Positions 53,952 through 63,526 of a DNA stretch of 64,000 bases are shown one piece after another; position 1 is the stretch's first letter, and each line of letters opens with the position of its first letter. This DNA comes from a virus, in the IMG/VR virus record IMGVR_UViG_3300021197_001743, positions 56,039-120,038 of that record; one strand, 5' to 3'. Position numbers and translations under genes: made by a program. The notes beneath the pieces are model-generated. The model saw only the letters and a program-made list of their open reading frames with translations, was not told the DNA's origin and did no database searches.

Positions 53952-54905
53952 ATGAAAAAAGAAACATTACATAGGTTAATTGAGCAAGTTATCAACGAGG
54001 CTGAAATAGCTAATCTTGTTGCCACGGGCGATCCGGATTATCTACGGCAAGCAATTGATTTAGCGGTAATGCTTGGAGACGAAGAGAAAGGTCAAGTTAT
54101 TGAAGCGCTTTTACAATTAAGCTCTGAAGACTTCCTTAACGTTGCAGATGCAATAATGGAAGTGGACGAGTACTTCTCCGTGCGTCAGATGATGCCGATT
54201 TATGACACAGTCAAGTACACACTTCTCAGCGTCTTTAGAAAACGCAGAATGCCTACTATCACCAAAAATCCGAACGCATCCCCGTGGCTGTTAGAACAGG
54301 CCTATTTATTCCTGAATAGACTCCACCAGAAGCCGGCGGCTGATAGAGACATGCTCTATTTGGCAAAAAACCCGGCAACTCCAGTCAAAGTGTTGAAAAG
54401 ATTAACAACATACTCGTCGGCCCACGTTAGGAAATCCGCTGAGAACAATTTAGCAAACCGTACTTCGCTCGAAGAAGCTCCGCAAAAAAGAGAGGCATTG
54501 ACTTATGAAGGAGATGACTCGATACTTGAACATTTTAAGGGAGCCACGCTCGAAGAAGGAGACCTTGTATGTGAAGGGTGCTTATTCGAAATGCTTCAGG
54601 AGGCTTCTTGCGGATGTCCTGATTTAGTCGGTGAAGCAGAGTATCAAGGAAGAAAAGTAACGCTTAATAAGCCTACTCGAGGCGATGTGAAGAAGTTTAA
54701 GGTCTATGTAAAAGATCCAAAAACTGGAAACATCAAGAAAGTAAATTTCGGCCATGGAGGCACATCAGCTAAAGCCAAGGGTGAAAAGACAATGAAGATC
54801 CGCAAAAACAACCCAGAAGCACGTAAATCATTTCGCGCTCGTCACAACTGCGACAACCCGGGACCAAAGACCAAAGCACGCTATTGGTCATGCAAAAAGT
54901 GGTAG
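53952..54905 (+). CDS. protein with shared leader, LRV-like repeats and a basic C-terminal domain
   Basis: MKKETLHRLIEQVINE; KNPNAS/KNPATP; KKFKVYVKDPKTG..KKVNFG...RKSFRARH.C...RYWSC; ACTAGTTA at 53939. Confidence 0.65.
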   Translation: MKKETLHRLIEQVINEAEIANLVATGDPDYLRQAIDLAVMLGDEEKGQVIEALLQLSSEDFLNVADAIMEVDEYFSVRQMMPIYDTVKYTLLSVFRKRRMPTITKNPNASPWLLEQAYLFLNRLHQKPAADRDMLYLAKNPATPVKVLKRLTTYSSAHVRKSAENNLANRTSLEEAPQKREALTYEGDDSILEHFKGATLEEGDLVCEGCLFEMLQEASCGCPDLVGEAEYQGRKVTLNKPTRGDVKKFKVYVKDPKTGNIKKVNFGHGGTSAKAKGEKTMKIRKNNPEARKSFRARHNCDNPGPKTKARYWSCKKW

Positions 54906-54912
54906 ATAAAAC

Positions 54913-54941
54913 TTGACAAGCATCCTCCAACCAGTTATATT
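54913..54941 (+). promoter_or_regulatory. sigma70-like promoter
   Basis: TTGACA-N17-TATATT. Confidence 0.8.
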
Positions 54942-54973
54942 ATAAACATAACACAAAGACATTGGAGGACACA

Positions 54974-55915
54974 ATGACTAATTATCGACTAGGCTATGCC
55001 TGTATAAACATGACCCTTGCTGCTCAAAAGCCAAGGATCACAACAAACCGCTCAATGATCAAGCGCACGTTCAAAGCAAAGGGTCTGCCTTATGCTTCCG
55101 AACTTATTCTGCAGAACGTCAAAGATCTCAAGACAATCCTTGAGTGGAACGTCGCAAACGACATCACGTTCTTTCGCATGTCTTCTGACATCTTTCCGTG
55201 GGCCTCGGAGTATGCACTCGAAGACCTGCCTGACTTCGCAGAGATCGAAGAAATTTTATTCGATTGTGGCTTGTATGCCGAGGAGCACAACATCCGCCTC
55301 ACAACGCATCCCGGTCCATTCAACAAATTATGCTCTCCCAACGAACAGGTTGTCCTAAACACCCTGCGCGACTTGGAGATCAACGGTAAATTAATGGACT
55401 TGCTGTGCCAACCACGCACACCACAAGCAAAGATTAACATTCACGTAGGCGGTGCCTACAACGATAAACCAATGGCTCTTGGAAACTTCTGCCGAAACTT
55501 CCATAGACTATCAGACGCAGTCAAAACGAGACTGACCGTAGAGAACGACGACAAAGAGTCGCTATATTCAACCCAAGAGTTGTATGATGGTATATTCAAA
55601 AACATAGGCATCCCCATCGTACATGACTATCACCACCACACGTTTTGCACTGGTGGCCTGTCTCAACTGGATGCCGTTGAATTAGCGATCTCTACGTGGG
55701 GCGACGTTCGTCCCGTTGTTCATTACAGCCAGTCTCGTTCCATCGAGCACAATGATCCCAAGATCAGAGCCAATGCTCATTCGGACTCTTATTGGCATCC
55801 AATTGACACCTTCGGGCTTGATATGGATGTGATGCTTGAGTGTAAGCACAAAGAACTCGGTCTATTCAAGATGCGAGAGCTAATGACTGTCGATTTACAA
55901 TCGGCAGCAAAATAA
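54974..55915 (+). CDS. uvsE: UV damage endonuclease
   Basis: RLGYACIN, FFRMSSDIFP, RLTTHPG.F, INIHVGG, LTVENDD, DYHHH, AHSD, MLECKHKE. Confidence 0.93.
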   Translation: MTNYRLGYACINMTLAAQKPRITTNRSMIKRTFKAKGLPYASELILQNVKDLKTILEWNVANDITFFRMSSDIFPWASEYALEDLPDFAEIEEILFDCGLYAEEHNIRLTTHPGPFNKLCSPNEQVVLNTLRDLEINGKLMDLLCQPRTPQAKINIHVGGAYNDKPMALGNFCRNFHRLSDAVKTRLTVENDDKESLYSTQELYDGIFKNIGIPIVHDYHHHTFCTGGLSQLDAVELAISTWGDVRPVVHYSQSRSIEHNDPKIRANAHSDSYWHPIDTFGLDMDVMLECKHKELGLFKMRELMTVDLQSAAK

Positions 55916-55918
55916 AAC

Positions 55919-55947
55919 TTGACAGATTAAGTTTAACAAGTTATAAT
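55919..55947 (+). promoter_or_regulatory. consensus sigma70 promoter, followed by a late motif at 55955
   Basis: TTGACA-N17-TATAAT, then ACTAATTA. Confidence 0.8.
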
Positions 55948-55979
55948 ATAAGCAACTAATTAAGCACCGGAGAATCACT

Positions 55980-57110
55980 ATGCTATTATTTTTATCACTG
56001 CTTGCAAGTCAAGCAGAGGACTTATCACTATCAGAAACATCATACACCGGAGCGTCCATTCTTATTGGAGACTCGGATGTTATTTTTGAGGAAACCCTAA
56101 ACCAAGATTATGAAACAGATCCACATGCGTATTCCTTCTTTGAGGGAAACACTCTGTATCTGGGGAACAGCGACGACGAAGGAAACTCCGTTGATGCTAT
56201 CATAGAATTCTTTTGGTTTCGCTCGTCAATTGACCGCGGTTCTGACTTCTACGTCGGTGTTATCAAGGCGAGATCAACTCCGGGCAAAGATTGTTTCCTG
56301 TCTGATTGTCACCTATGGGCCGACGAATACCAAGACTGGGGAGAGTACCCTGTGATAAGCGTAGAGGCCTTCACAGACGTCTCTAGAGAACAAGGAGCCT
56401 TCCGGTGGGACTGGTCTGTTCCGTTTGAAAATTACGGCATTGATGCTTACGGGCAAGTGTCTTTCTCCAACCAATATGGTATCGGAGGAAACGCCGAAGG
56501 CTCTGTTATGGCTCATGGAGAATACCAGATCAGCGAAGAGGGTGATGTTAAGGCAGCAGGAGACGTTCAGGTCAAAGGCTACATCGGCACAGAATATAGA
56601 GTGCAGACACAATATGACGTTACGCTTTACGAATGGGATGTATATGTAAGCGGTCGAGCAGACTTGATGGCATGGGATATGTATCTCAACCTTGGAGCAC
56701 GCGACGATCAATCAGCATACCATGAATACTTCCTCGCAATTCAAGTTGAAGAAGGAGAGGCCTTCATGCTCGACGAACTTAACATCATGGGCAATTTCGA
56801 CATGGGTTGGTGGAACCCTATCCACAAAGAGCTAGGAGTGTCTCTTCAGGACATCATAATCTCCCAACCTTACTACGAGCCTGCTATAGACACTGGAGAC
56901 GAAGAGGAGCCTTCTGACGAACCTGTGGACACCGGTGAACCTGAAGACACTGCAACCCCAGAACCAGAGGAAGAAGCAGAAGAAGACACCCAAGAAGAGG
57001 AACTGGAGCTTGATGAAGGCGTTCCTGTTAAATCCTGCTCGTCTTCCACAACATTACCAGAGTGGATTTTACTACTCGCACCATTTGCATTCATGCGGAG
57101 GAAAAGATGA
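55980..57110 (+). CDS. secreted acidic protein with a MYXO-CTERM-like C-terminal anchor
   Basis: Signal peptide; DTG/EP-rich linker; KSCSSS..WILLLAPFAFMRRKR. Confidence 0.65.
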   Translation: MLLFLSLLASQAEDLSLSETSYTGASILIGDSDVIFEETLNQDYETDPHAYSFFEGNTLYLGNSDDEGNSVDAIIEFFWFRSSIDRGSDFYVGVIKARSTPGKDCFLSDCHLWADEYQDWGEYPVISVEAFTDVSREQGAFRWDWSVPFENYGIDAYGQVSFSNQYGIGGNAEGSVMAHGEYQISEEGDVKAAGDVQVKGYIGTEYRVQTQYDVTLYEWDVYVSGRADLMAWDMYLNLGARDDQSAYHEYFLAIQVEEGEAFMLDELNIMGNFDMGWWNPIHKELGVSLQDIIISQPYYEPAIDTGDEEEPSDEPVDTGEPEDTATPEPEEEAEEDTQEEELELDEGVPVKSCSSSTTLPEWILLLAPFAFMRRKR

Positions 57111-57247
57111 AAAAAGCAATTCAAAAAATAAAAGACTTTGTTAGACCTGTCCCTATGAAGACACAACAAAGACGCCAAGAAGAGATAGAGGTAGCCGGAG
57201 AAGAAACTTCGGAGGTTGCCAAAGAATTTCTAGAAAGTTTGAGATAA
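57107..57247 (+). CDS. small hypothetical protein
   Basis: GGAGG RBS, ATGA overlap. Confidence 0.45.
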   Translation: MKKAIQKIKDFVRPVPMKTQQRRQEEIEVAGEETSEVAKEFLESLR

Positions 57248-57250
57248 AAC

Positions 57251-57279
57251 TTGACAACTAAACAACAACACGTTATATT
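57251..57279 (+). promoter_or_regulatory. sigma70-like promoter
   Basis: TTGACA-N17-TATATT. Confidence 0.8.
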
Positions 57280-57318
57280 ATAAGTATAATAAACAACACA
57301 TAAGATCATGGAGGACAC

Positions 57319-60300
57319 ATGACAATAAGAAAAGAACAATTCGTTGGGCTACACGCTCATTCGGGCGTTGGATCGCCATTTGATGGCTTTGGACATCCGC
57401 AACAACACATGAACTATGCTTACGAAAACGGAAGCACAGCCCTAGCTCTAACCGACCATGGAAATATGAACGGCTTAGCCTATCAGGTATTGCATGCTAA
57501 GAAGATGAAGAAGGAAGGAAAAGACTTCAAGCCAATCTTTGGTGTGGAAGCTTACTTCATCGAGTCCGTCGCGGATTGGAAGGTCAAGCTTGACGAACAC
57601 CGCGCAGACAAAACCAAATCAAAAAAGATTGATGACGACCGTAGCGGGACCACCGTTGAAAACGAAGCGGAGTCAAAGCAGTCCACCAAATCAGAATTGA
57701 ACCGCAAGCGACACATGGTACTTCTTGCTATGAACCAAGAAGGCCTCAATAACATCTTCAAGTTGGTGTCCCAATCATATGATGGAGACTACTTCTATCG
57801 CAAGCCTCGTATCGACCTTGACCTCTTAGAGAAGCATAGTGAGGGCGTTATCGCTCTCTCCGCTTGTCTCGGTGGTGTCTATGCTGGCTGCTACTGGGAA
57901 CACCGAGAGACCGGTTCCGAGGCTGTTGTGGATGCTATGCGCTCTATAACGAAGAATATGTTAAGCATCTTTGGCGACCGTTGGTACGGTGAACTTCAAT
58001 GGAATGCAATTCCGGAACAACACGAATTGAACAATTACGTCATTCAAATGCACCAAGAATTCGGCATACCTCTGGTATCAACGTGCGACTCTCATTACCC
58101 AACTCCAGACGCTTGGAACGATCGAGAACTATATAAGAAGATAGGTTGGCTCGGAAAGGGCAAGCCTGAATGGATGTCAGATGAGTTACCTGAAGGTGTG
58201 GATGAAATCGGGTATGAACTTTACCCAAAGAACGGCGAACAAATGTGGGCCGATTATAAAAGATACACTAACATCATACACACCGACATTACTTACGATG
58301 ACGACATCGTTCGTCAGTCAATGTTGGAGACGGTCAATATTGCTTTTGAGAGGATTGATAGTTTTCTCCCAGATAACACTGTGCGCTTGCCTGATTTTGT
58401 CGTACCTGCTGGCCATCACCCTGCAGAATACTTGGCTCAATTATCCTTCGAGGGTCTATTTGAGATTATGGCATCGCGTTCTGTCGAACGAGGGTCGACC
58501 ACTTGGGTGGATTACACCGATAGACTGAAGCATGAACTCGAAGTCATATCAGACAGAGGGTTCTCTAAATATTTCTTGACGATGAAGTCAATCACGGACA
58601 AAACAAATGAAGTACAACTCGCAGGACCCGGCCGAGGATCAGCAGCAGGATCGCTGGTGGCTTATGCACTGGGCATTACACAAGTGGATCCAATTAAGTA
58701 TGGTCTACTATTCTCTCGTTTCCTCCGAGCGGACGCCACGGATTATCCTGACATTGACTACGATGTCTCTGATCCTATGGTGCTCAAGGAGCTGTTAATC
58801 AATGAGTGGGGTTCCAACACTGTTGTGCCTATCTCCAACTTCAATACACTACAATTGAAGTCTCTTATCAAAGACATCTCAAAGTTCTATGACATCCCGT
58901 TTCCCGAAGTCAACAAGGTTACCAACACTATGCTCAAGGAAGCAACTCCTCTTGCAAAGAAGAAGCATGGTATCCGTGCAGGAATCTATGCCCCGACTTT
59001 TGAAGAGGTATGTGAGTTCTCCGAGACACTGCAAAAGTTCTTCTCTGACCATCCAAAGGTTAAATCACACGTCGAAGGCCTAATGGGTCAAATCCGTTCA
59101 ACCTCTCGTCATGCTGGAGGTGTTGTAATTGGCTCTGAACTGGATAAGTACATGCCATTAATTGCTTCCAAGGGCGTACGACAAACTCCTTGGTCTGAAG
59201 GTATGAATGTACGCCAACTAGAGCCAATGGGTTTCATCAAGTTTGATATTCTTGGTCTTGCAACCCTTCGTATGATGGAAGAAGCAATCGAAAGAATTCT
59301 TCAGAGGCACCATGGTATCGAGAACCCAACGTTCGCTGATGTTAAGAAATATTATGATGAGAACCTTCATCCTGACAAGATCGATCTCAACGACCAGACA
59401 GTTTACAAAAACATCTTCCGCGCTGGTAAATGGATGGGCATCTTCCAATTCACAGAGAATGGAGCCCAAAGCCTTGCTAAGAGAGCACAGCCAAGATCCA
59501 TCATTGACTTGTCTGCTATCACTTCAATCTATCGTCCCGGCCCTCTATCGGCTGGTGTTGACAAGGCTTACATTAAAGCAATCCGTGATCCTATGTCTGT
59601 GAGTTATGAGAATGCGATTGTCGAAGAGATAACCAGTGAAACCAGTGGGTTTATGATCTTCCAAGAGCAAATTGCTCTTCTGGCTCATAAGCTTGGTAAA
59701 GACATCAATCTAGATGACGCCAATCTGCTGCGTAAACTCTTGACCAAGAAAGGCCTCGATGCTTCGAAACAAGCAAAGAAAGAAGAGATTATGACGAAGT
59801 TTGTTCAAGGTTGCATTGAGAAAGGCATAACTATGCGTTCTGCCGAGGAAATGTGGCAGAAGTTTGAGTACTTCTCTGGCTATGGCTTCAACAAGTCTCA
59901 CGCTGTTGCTTACTCAATCATTTCATATCAAACTGCTTGGTTAGCAACGTATTACAATGCAGAGTGGGCTTGTGCCTTCTTGGATAAGGAGCCTGAGTCT
60001 AGAAAAGAAAAGGCAATCAACATTGCTAAATCTTGGGGCTATACAATTAAGCCTTTGAACATTAACACCTCCGGTCGACGATGGACTGCTACTGGTAAAA
60101 GTACACTGGTAGCTCCACTGACAACCATCAAAGGTCTTGGTGATGCTGCAATTGATGAGATCATCGAGAAGCGCCCATTTACGTCCGTAGAGCATCTTTT
60201 GTTCGACGGTGGGGTGGTAGCAAGGAAACTCAACAAGAAGTCCTTAGACGCCCTCACAAGAGCCTCTGCGATGAATGATTTGATTGATGATAGGTTCTAT

Positions 60301-60780
60301 GGAGACAAGCATTTCTGGTCTGCCGTTGTTGTTGATAAGCCAAAGAACAAGAAGAAATTGAATGAAAACATCGAAAAATATCGCAAGGAAGGTTCTTTTA
60401 GTACAGCCGAGCTGATACAGAACACACAAGCATTGACGGGTATTTATCCAATTAACATGGTCATGACTGAAAGGGCGTTGAAGATTATAGAACATCATGT
60501 AGTACCTCCTCTTTCGGAGTACGACTCAGCACTTGGAGTGGCATGGTGCATCCCAACCAAAATTCATACGAAGAAAAGCAAAAATGGTAAATGGTTTTAC
60601 ACTATTGATGTGATCGACTCCAATTCGAAAGCTACCAAAATCCGCTGTTGGGGCGTAGATCCACAAAAGGACCTCATCTTTCTTAACAAGCCATATGTAC
60701 TTAAGCACCCAAGCTACAATGAAACTTGGGGTTTCTCGACATACGGCCGGGTTGACAAGAAGTGGATGATGATTGGGTAA
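57319..60780 (+). CDS. dnaE: DNA polymerase III alpha subunit (family C)
   Basis: PHP LHAHS/TDHGN/GVEAY; GPGRGSAAGSLVAYALGIT; YPDIDYD; HAGGVV; KFDILGL; YGFNKSHA. Confidence 0.96.
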   Translation: MTIRKEQFVGLHAHSGVGSPFDGFGHPQQHMNYAYENGSTALALTDHGNMNGLAYQVLHAKKMKKEGKDFKPIFGVEAYFIESVADWKVKLDEHRADKTKSKKIDDDRSGTTVENEAESKQSTKSELNRKRHMVLLAMNQEGLNNIFKLVSQSYDGDYFYRKPRIDLDLLEKHSEGVIALSACLGGVYAGCYWEHRETGSEAVVDAMRSITKNMLSIFGDRWYGELQWNAIPEQHELNNYVIQMHQEFGIPLVSTCDSHYPTPDAWNDRELYKKIGWLGKGKPEWMSDELPEGVDEIGYELYPKNGEQMWADYKRYTNIIHTDITYDDDIVRQSMLETVNIAFERIDSFLPDNTVRLPDFVVPAGHHPAEYLAQLSFEGLFEIMASRSVERGSTTWVDYTDRLKHELEVISDRGFSKYFLTMKSITDKTNEVQLAGPGRGSAAGSLVAYALGITQVDPIKYGLLFSRFLRADATDYPDIDYDVSDPMVLKELLINEWGSNTVVPISNFNTLQLKSLIKDISKFYDIPFPEVNKVTNTMLKEATPLAKKKHGIRAGIYAPTFEEVCEFSETLQKFFSDHPKVKSHVEGLMGQIRSTSRHAGGVVIGSELDKYMPLIASKGVRQTPWSEGMNVRQLEPMGFIKFDILGLATLRMMEEAIERILQRHHGIENPTFADVKKYYDENLHPDKIDLNDQTVYKNIFRAGKWMGIFQFTENGAQSLAKRAQPRSIIDLSAITSIYRPGPLSAGVDKAYIKAIRDPMSVSYENAIVEEITSETSGFMIFQEQIALLAHKLGKDINLDDANLLRKLLTKKGLDASKQAKKEEIMTKFVQGCIEKGITMRSAEEMWQKFEYFSGYGFNKSHAVAYSIISYQTAWLATYYNAEWACAFLDKEPESRKEKAINIAKSWGYTIKPLNINTSGRRWTATGKSTLVAPLTTIKGLGDAAIDEIIEKRPFTSVEHLLFDGGVVARKLNKKSLDALTRASAMNDLIDDRFYGDKHFWSAVVVDKPKNKKKLNENIEKYRKEGSFSTAELIQNTQALTGIYPINMVMTERALKIIEHHVVPPLSEYDSALGVAWCIPTKIHTKKSKNGKWFYTIDVIDSNSKATKIRCWGVDPQKDLIFLNKPYVLKHPSYNETWGFSTYGRVDKKWMMIG

Positions 60781-60798
60781 AAAACTTGAAATAAAAAC

Positions 60799-60827
60799 TT
60801 GACAAACTACCACAGACCAGTTACATT
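60799..60827 (+). promoter_or_regulatory. sigma70-like promoter
   Basis: TTGACA-N17-TACATT. Confidence 0.75.
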
Positions 60828-60857
60828 ATATATATGAAAACAAAAACAGGAGGAACT

Positions 60858-61442
60858 ATGACTACATACACTTTTGACACAATACCACAACGAATGACTA
60901 AAGAGTGGAGACACGAAAACATTTCTTTGAACTCCAAAGACAACAGCTCTGAAAAGTTTCAGAAGAGCTTTATCCTTGATAATCTTGGAGTCGACCTGAA
61001 AACCTTTGAAAACAACGAAAGGTCAATTCGGATTAACAAAAGAACATTGCAGTTCAAAAACCAAAGAGTCGTAACAAGCAGAGAAGACTTCATGGATTGG
61101 ACGGAAGACTTTGACGGTGTAAAGAAGGTCAATGACAAAATGACCTATTGGAACTTAAAAATAATCCCAGATTCTGGTGGAGCACAAAACAGATCTATCA
61201 GGCCAGTGATTGACATGGTAGAGTCTTTCGCAAAGCACATAAAGAAAAATAAATGCGATGACAAGTTCTTTGTATGTATCACTGATGGAAGCTATTATTG
61301 CAACTTCTCTCTTTTGAGAGAAGGAAACGGCAGAACACAATTCGAATATGCTATCGATCAGGTTGACCCTTCCTTAAGGAAGTATTTTTACTGCGGACCA
61401 CTTAAAAACCTAGAGGAGTGGTGGAATGACAGAATCAAATAA
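60858..61442 (+). CDS. putative restriction endonuclease
   Basis: EDFDG...NLK...SGGAQ.R...ITDG, a PD-(D/E)xK-like pattern; overlaps a methyltransferase; AGGAGG before ATG 60858. Confidence 0.55.
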   Translation: MTTYTFDTIPQRMTKEWRHENISLNSKDNSSEKFQKSFILDNLGVDLKTFENNERSIRINKRTLQFKNQRVVTSREDFMDWTEDFDGVKKVNDKMTYWNLKIIPDSGGAQNRSIRPVIDMVESFAKHIKKNKCDDKFFVCITDGSYYCNFSLLREGNGRTQFEYAIDQVDPSLRKYFYCGPLKNLEEWWNDRIK

Positions 61443-62430
61443 GAAAAAATTCGGACAATATTATACTACAAATTGCGACTATATTCTTTCGAACATTAAA
61501 ATTCCGCATGGTGCTAAACTAGTTGAGCCGTTTGTTGGGCAAGGTGACTTGGTAAAGTGGTCTAAGAGAACTGACTGGGAGCTATACGATATAGAGCCAA
61601 AGTGTTCTGCTATAACCCAAGATACCTTGCTCAATCCTCCGGACTATAAAGATAAGTATCCTGTGACTAATCCTCCGTTCTTAGCTAAGAACAAAAACAA
61701 GGATAAAAGAGTTTACGAAAAATATGGTGTTGATGATTTATATAAAGCTTGTATCAAAAGCTTTGTCGATGGAGACGTTGCCGGAGGTATTTTAATAATT
61801 CCTCTAAACTTCTTCTGCGACAGAGACAAGAACATTAGAGATATATTTTTTGAGAGATACAATGTTGATGAAGTAAATGTGTTTGAAGAAACAGTATTTG
61901 ACGACACAACCTACACTATTTGCTCATTTAGCTTTACCAGAGGAAGATATCAAAACGATACAACCTTTCATTTTTACCCTAGCAAGACTTCGAAAGTATT
62001 TGAGTTAAAAAAGGAACATGGTTGGCGAGTAGGCGGAGGATTATTTAAAAAAACAGAAACAAAATATAAACTTGGTCGCCTTCTAGAAGGGCAAGAACCA
62101 TCAACGATGATATTTTTAAATGCAATTGACACTGGGTCTGAAGAAGGTCGGATAAGATTAATTGCTAATCATGAGCTTTTTTATGACAACACGCCAAATC
62201 GTTCAAATCGAGCATTTGCAACAATCACCAGTAATATCAAAATCATCGATGAACAGTTAATAGTCGATAAGTTTAACAAGCGACTGGAGACACTCAGAGA
62301 GACTTACAACAGTTTGTTTCTCGTTAATTATAGAAATTCAACTAAAAACTATGCAAGAAAGCGTATATCGTTTAAGCAATGCTATATGCTCTTAATAGAA
62401 ATTCTGGAAGAATACAACAAGGAGGAATAA
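61426..62430 (+). CDS. DNA adenine methyltransferase
   Basis: FGQYYT, VEPFVGQG, YDIEP, TNPPF. Confidence 0.85.
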   Translation: MTESNKKKFGQYYTTNCDYILSNIKIPHGAKLVEPFVGQGDLVKWSKRTDWELYDIEPKCSAITQDTLLNPPDYKDKYPVTNPPFLAKNKNKDKRVYEKYGVDDLYKACIKSFVDGDVAGGILIIPLNFFCDRDKNIRDIFFERYNVDEVNVFEETVFDDTTYTICSFSFTRGRYQNDTTFHFYPSKTSKVFELKKEHGWRVGGGLFKKTETKYKLGRLLEGQEPSTMIFLNAIDTGSEEGRIRLIANHELFYDNTPNRSNRAFATITSNIKIIDEQLIVDKFNKRLETLRETYNSLFLVNYRNSTKNYARKRISFKQCYMLLIEILEEYNKEE

Positions 62431-62549
62431 TGGAACACTTAGCAAATTGTCATGGCGAATGGAATGCCCTCTTCGCTTTGATATCATCAATGCCGTTCAT
62501 CGGCATCTGGGCAAAAGCAAAATTACACAATCATAAGGAGGAATTATGA
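62430..62549 (+). CDS. 39-aa hydrophobic micro-ORF
   Basis: AAGGAGG RBS; TAATG and ATGA overlaps; MEHLANCHGEWNALFALISSMPFIGIWAKAKLHNHKEEL. Confidence 0.55.
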   Translation: MEHLANCHGEWNALFALISSMPFIGIWAKAKLHNHKEEL

Positions 62550-62845
62550 CTAAATTTGAATTTGTAACTAATAACACCACCGCTATCGTAGAGGAATACG
62601 AAGAGCCGGCATTTAAATCAAAAGAGCAACACATGGGCGATTATATTAGATCGATGAAAGCTTTGGAAGAGGCCATGGAACCCTATAAGGAACAAAAGCG
62701 TGAACTTAAATCAGATTACGTTGACAACGGTTGGCTTACAAAAGAAGACATCTCTTTAACTGTCCGTGCTTATAGACTGCTCAAGAATGATGTAGACATA
62801 GAAGCATTAATTGATATCTATGAAAATCTTAGAGGAGACAAGTAA
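62546..62845 (+). CDS. small helical DNA-binding protein (T4 DsbA/GapR-like)
   Basis: ALEEAMEPYKEQKRELK...ISLTVRAY pattern. Confidence 0.45.
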   Translation: MTKFEFVTNNTTAIVEEYEEPAFKSKEQHMGDYIRSMKALEEAMEPYKEQKRELKSDYVDNGWLTKEDISLTVRAYRLLKNDVDIEALIDIYENLRGDK

Positions 62846-63306
62846 TGCTTATCGATTATTTTAAAATAAGAGATAGCGCAAAAGACCCCGTCCGAGCTAA
62901 TCCCTCGGACGCCGGTCTTGATGTGTTTTACTGTCCATCGGGAGAAAACTCCGGCCCATTAATTATAAATTCTGGCGACTCCATTGTTGTTGAAACAGGA
63001 TTAAAGTTTGGTGTGCCTCATGGATTCATGCTCGAGGTCAAAAACAGATCATCACTAGCTGCAAAGAAACAGCTTGTGGTCGGCGCATGTATAATAGATC
63101 CGGGATACAATGGAGAGCTTATGATCAACCTTAACAACATAGGAAACAAAAGCAGAACAATCCAACCGGGAGATAAAATAGCTCAGGTGGTCATGATACC
63201 CATTATTCACTTTAGAGCAAGAAAACTCATGACTGATACTCTTTATAATAGTGATATCTGTATCTCTAAAAGAGGAACAGGTGGTTTTGGTTCAACAGGA
63301 GAGTAA
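62845..63306 (+). CDS. dut: dUTPase
   Basis: DAGLD, NRSSLA, IIDPGYNGEL, GDKIAQ, RGTGGFGSTG. Confidence 0.95.
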   Translation: MLIDYFKIRDSAKDPVRANPSDAGLDVFYCPSGENSGPLIINSGDSIVVETGLKFGVPHGFMLEVKNRSSLAAKKQLVVGACIIDPGYNGELMINLNNIGNKSRTIQPGDKIAQVVMIPIIHFRARKLMTDTLYNSDICISKRGTGGFGSTGE

Positions 63307-63307
63307 T

Positions 63308-63526
63308 ATGAATTGGATCTATGAAGGAATGAAGTCGTTCTTATGGCAAATAGCATTGTTCGCAATGTTTATGGCCATATCGGCGGCTGTCATATGGAGT
63401 TGCAATTATTTGCAAATAAGTCCGGGGTACGGAATTATATCATTGTATACGTTAGTGATAATGATATTTAATCTTGCTCTAGCAAGAGAGAAACAAAAAT
63501 GGAGCCCACCAGCCAATGCCAAATAA
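63308..63526 (+). CDS. small two-TM membrane protein
   Basis: GGAG RBS before ATG 63308; two hydrophobic stretches. Confidence 0.55.
   Translation: MNWIYEGMKSFLWQIALFAMFMAISAAVIWSCNYLQISPGYGIISLYTLVIMIFNLALAREKQKWSPPANAK

Noticed and set aside
34101-60780. Inteins or self-splicing introns in recA, dnaB, nrdJ, thyX or dnaE
   Set aside because: All are continuous and of normal length, without intein-like insertions
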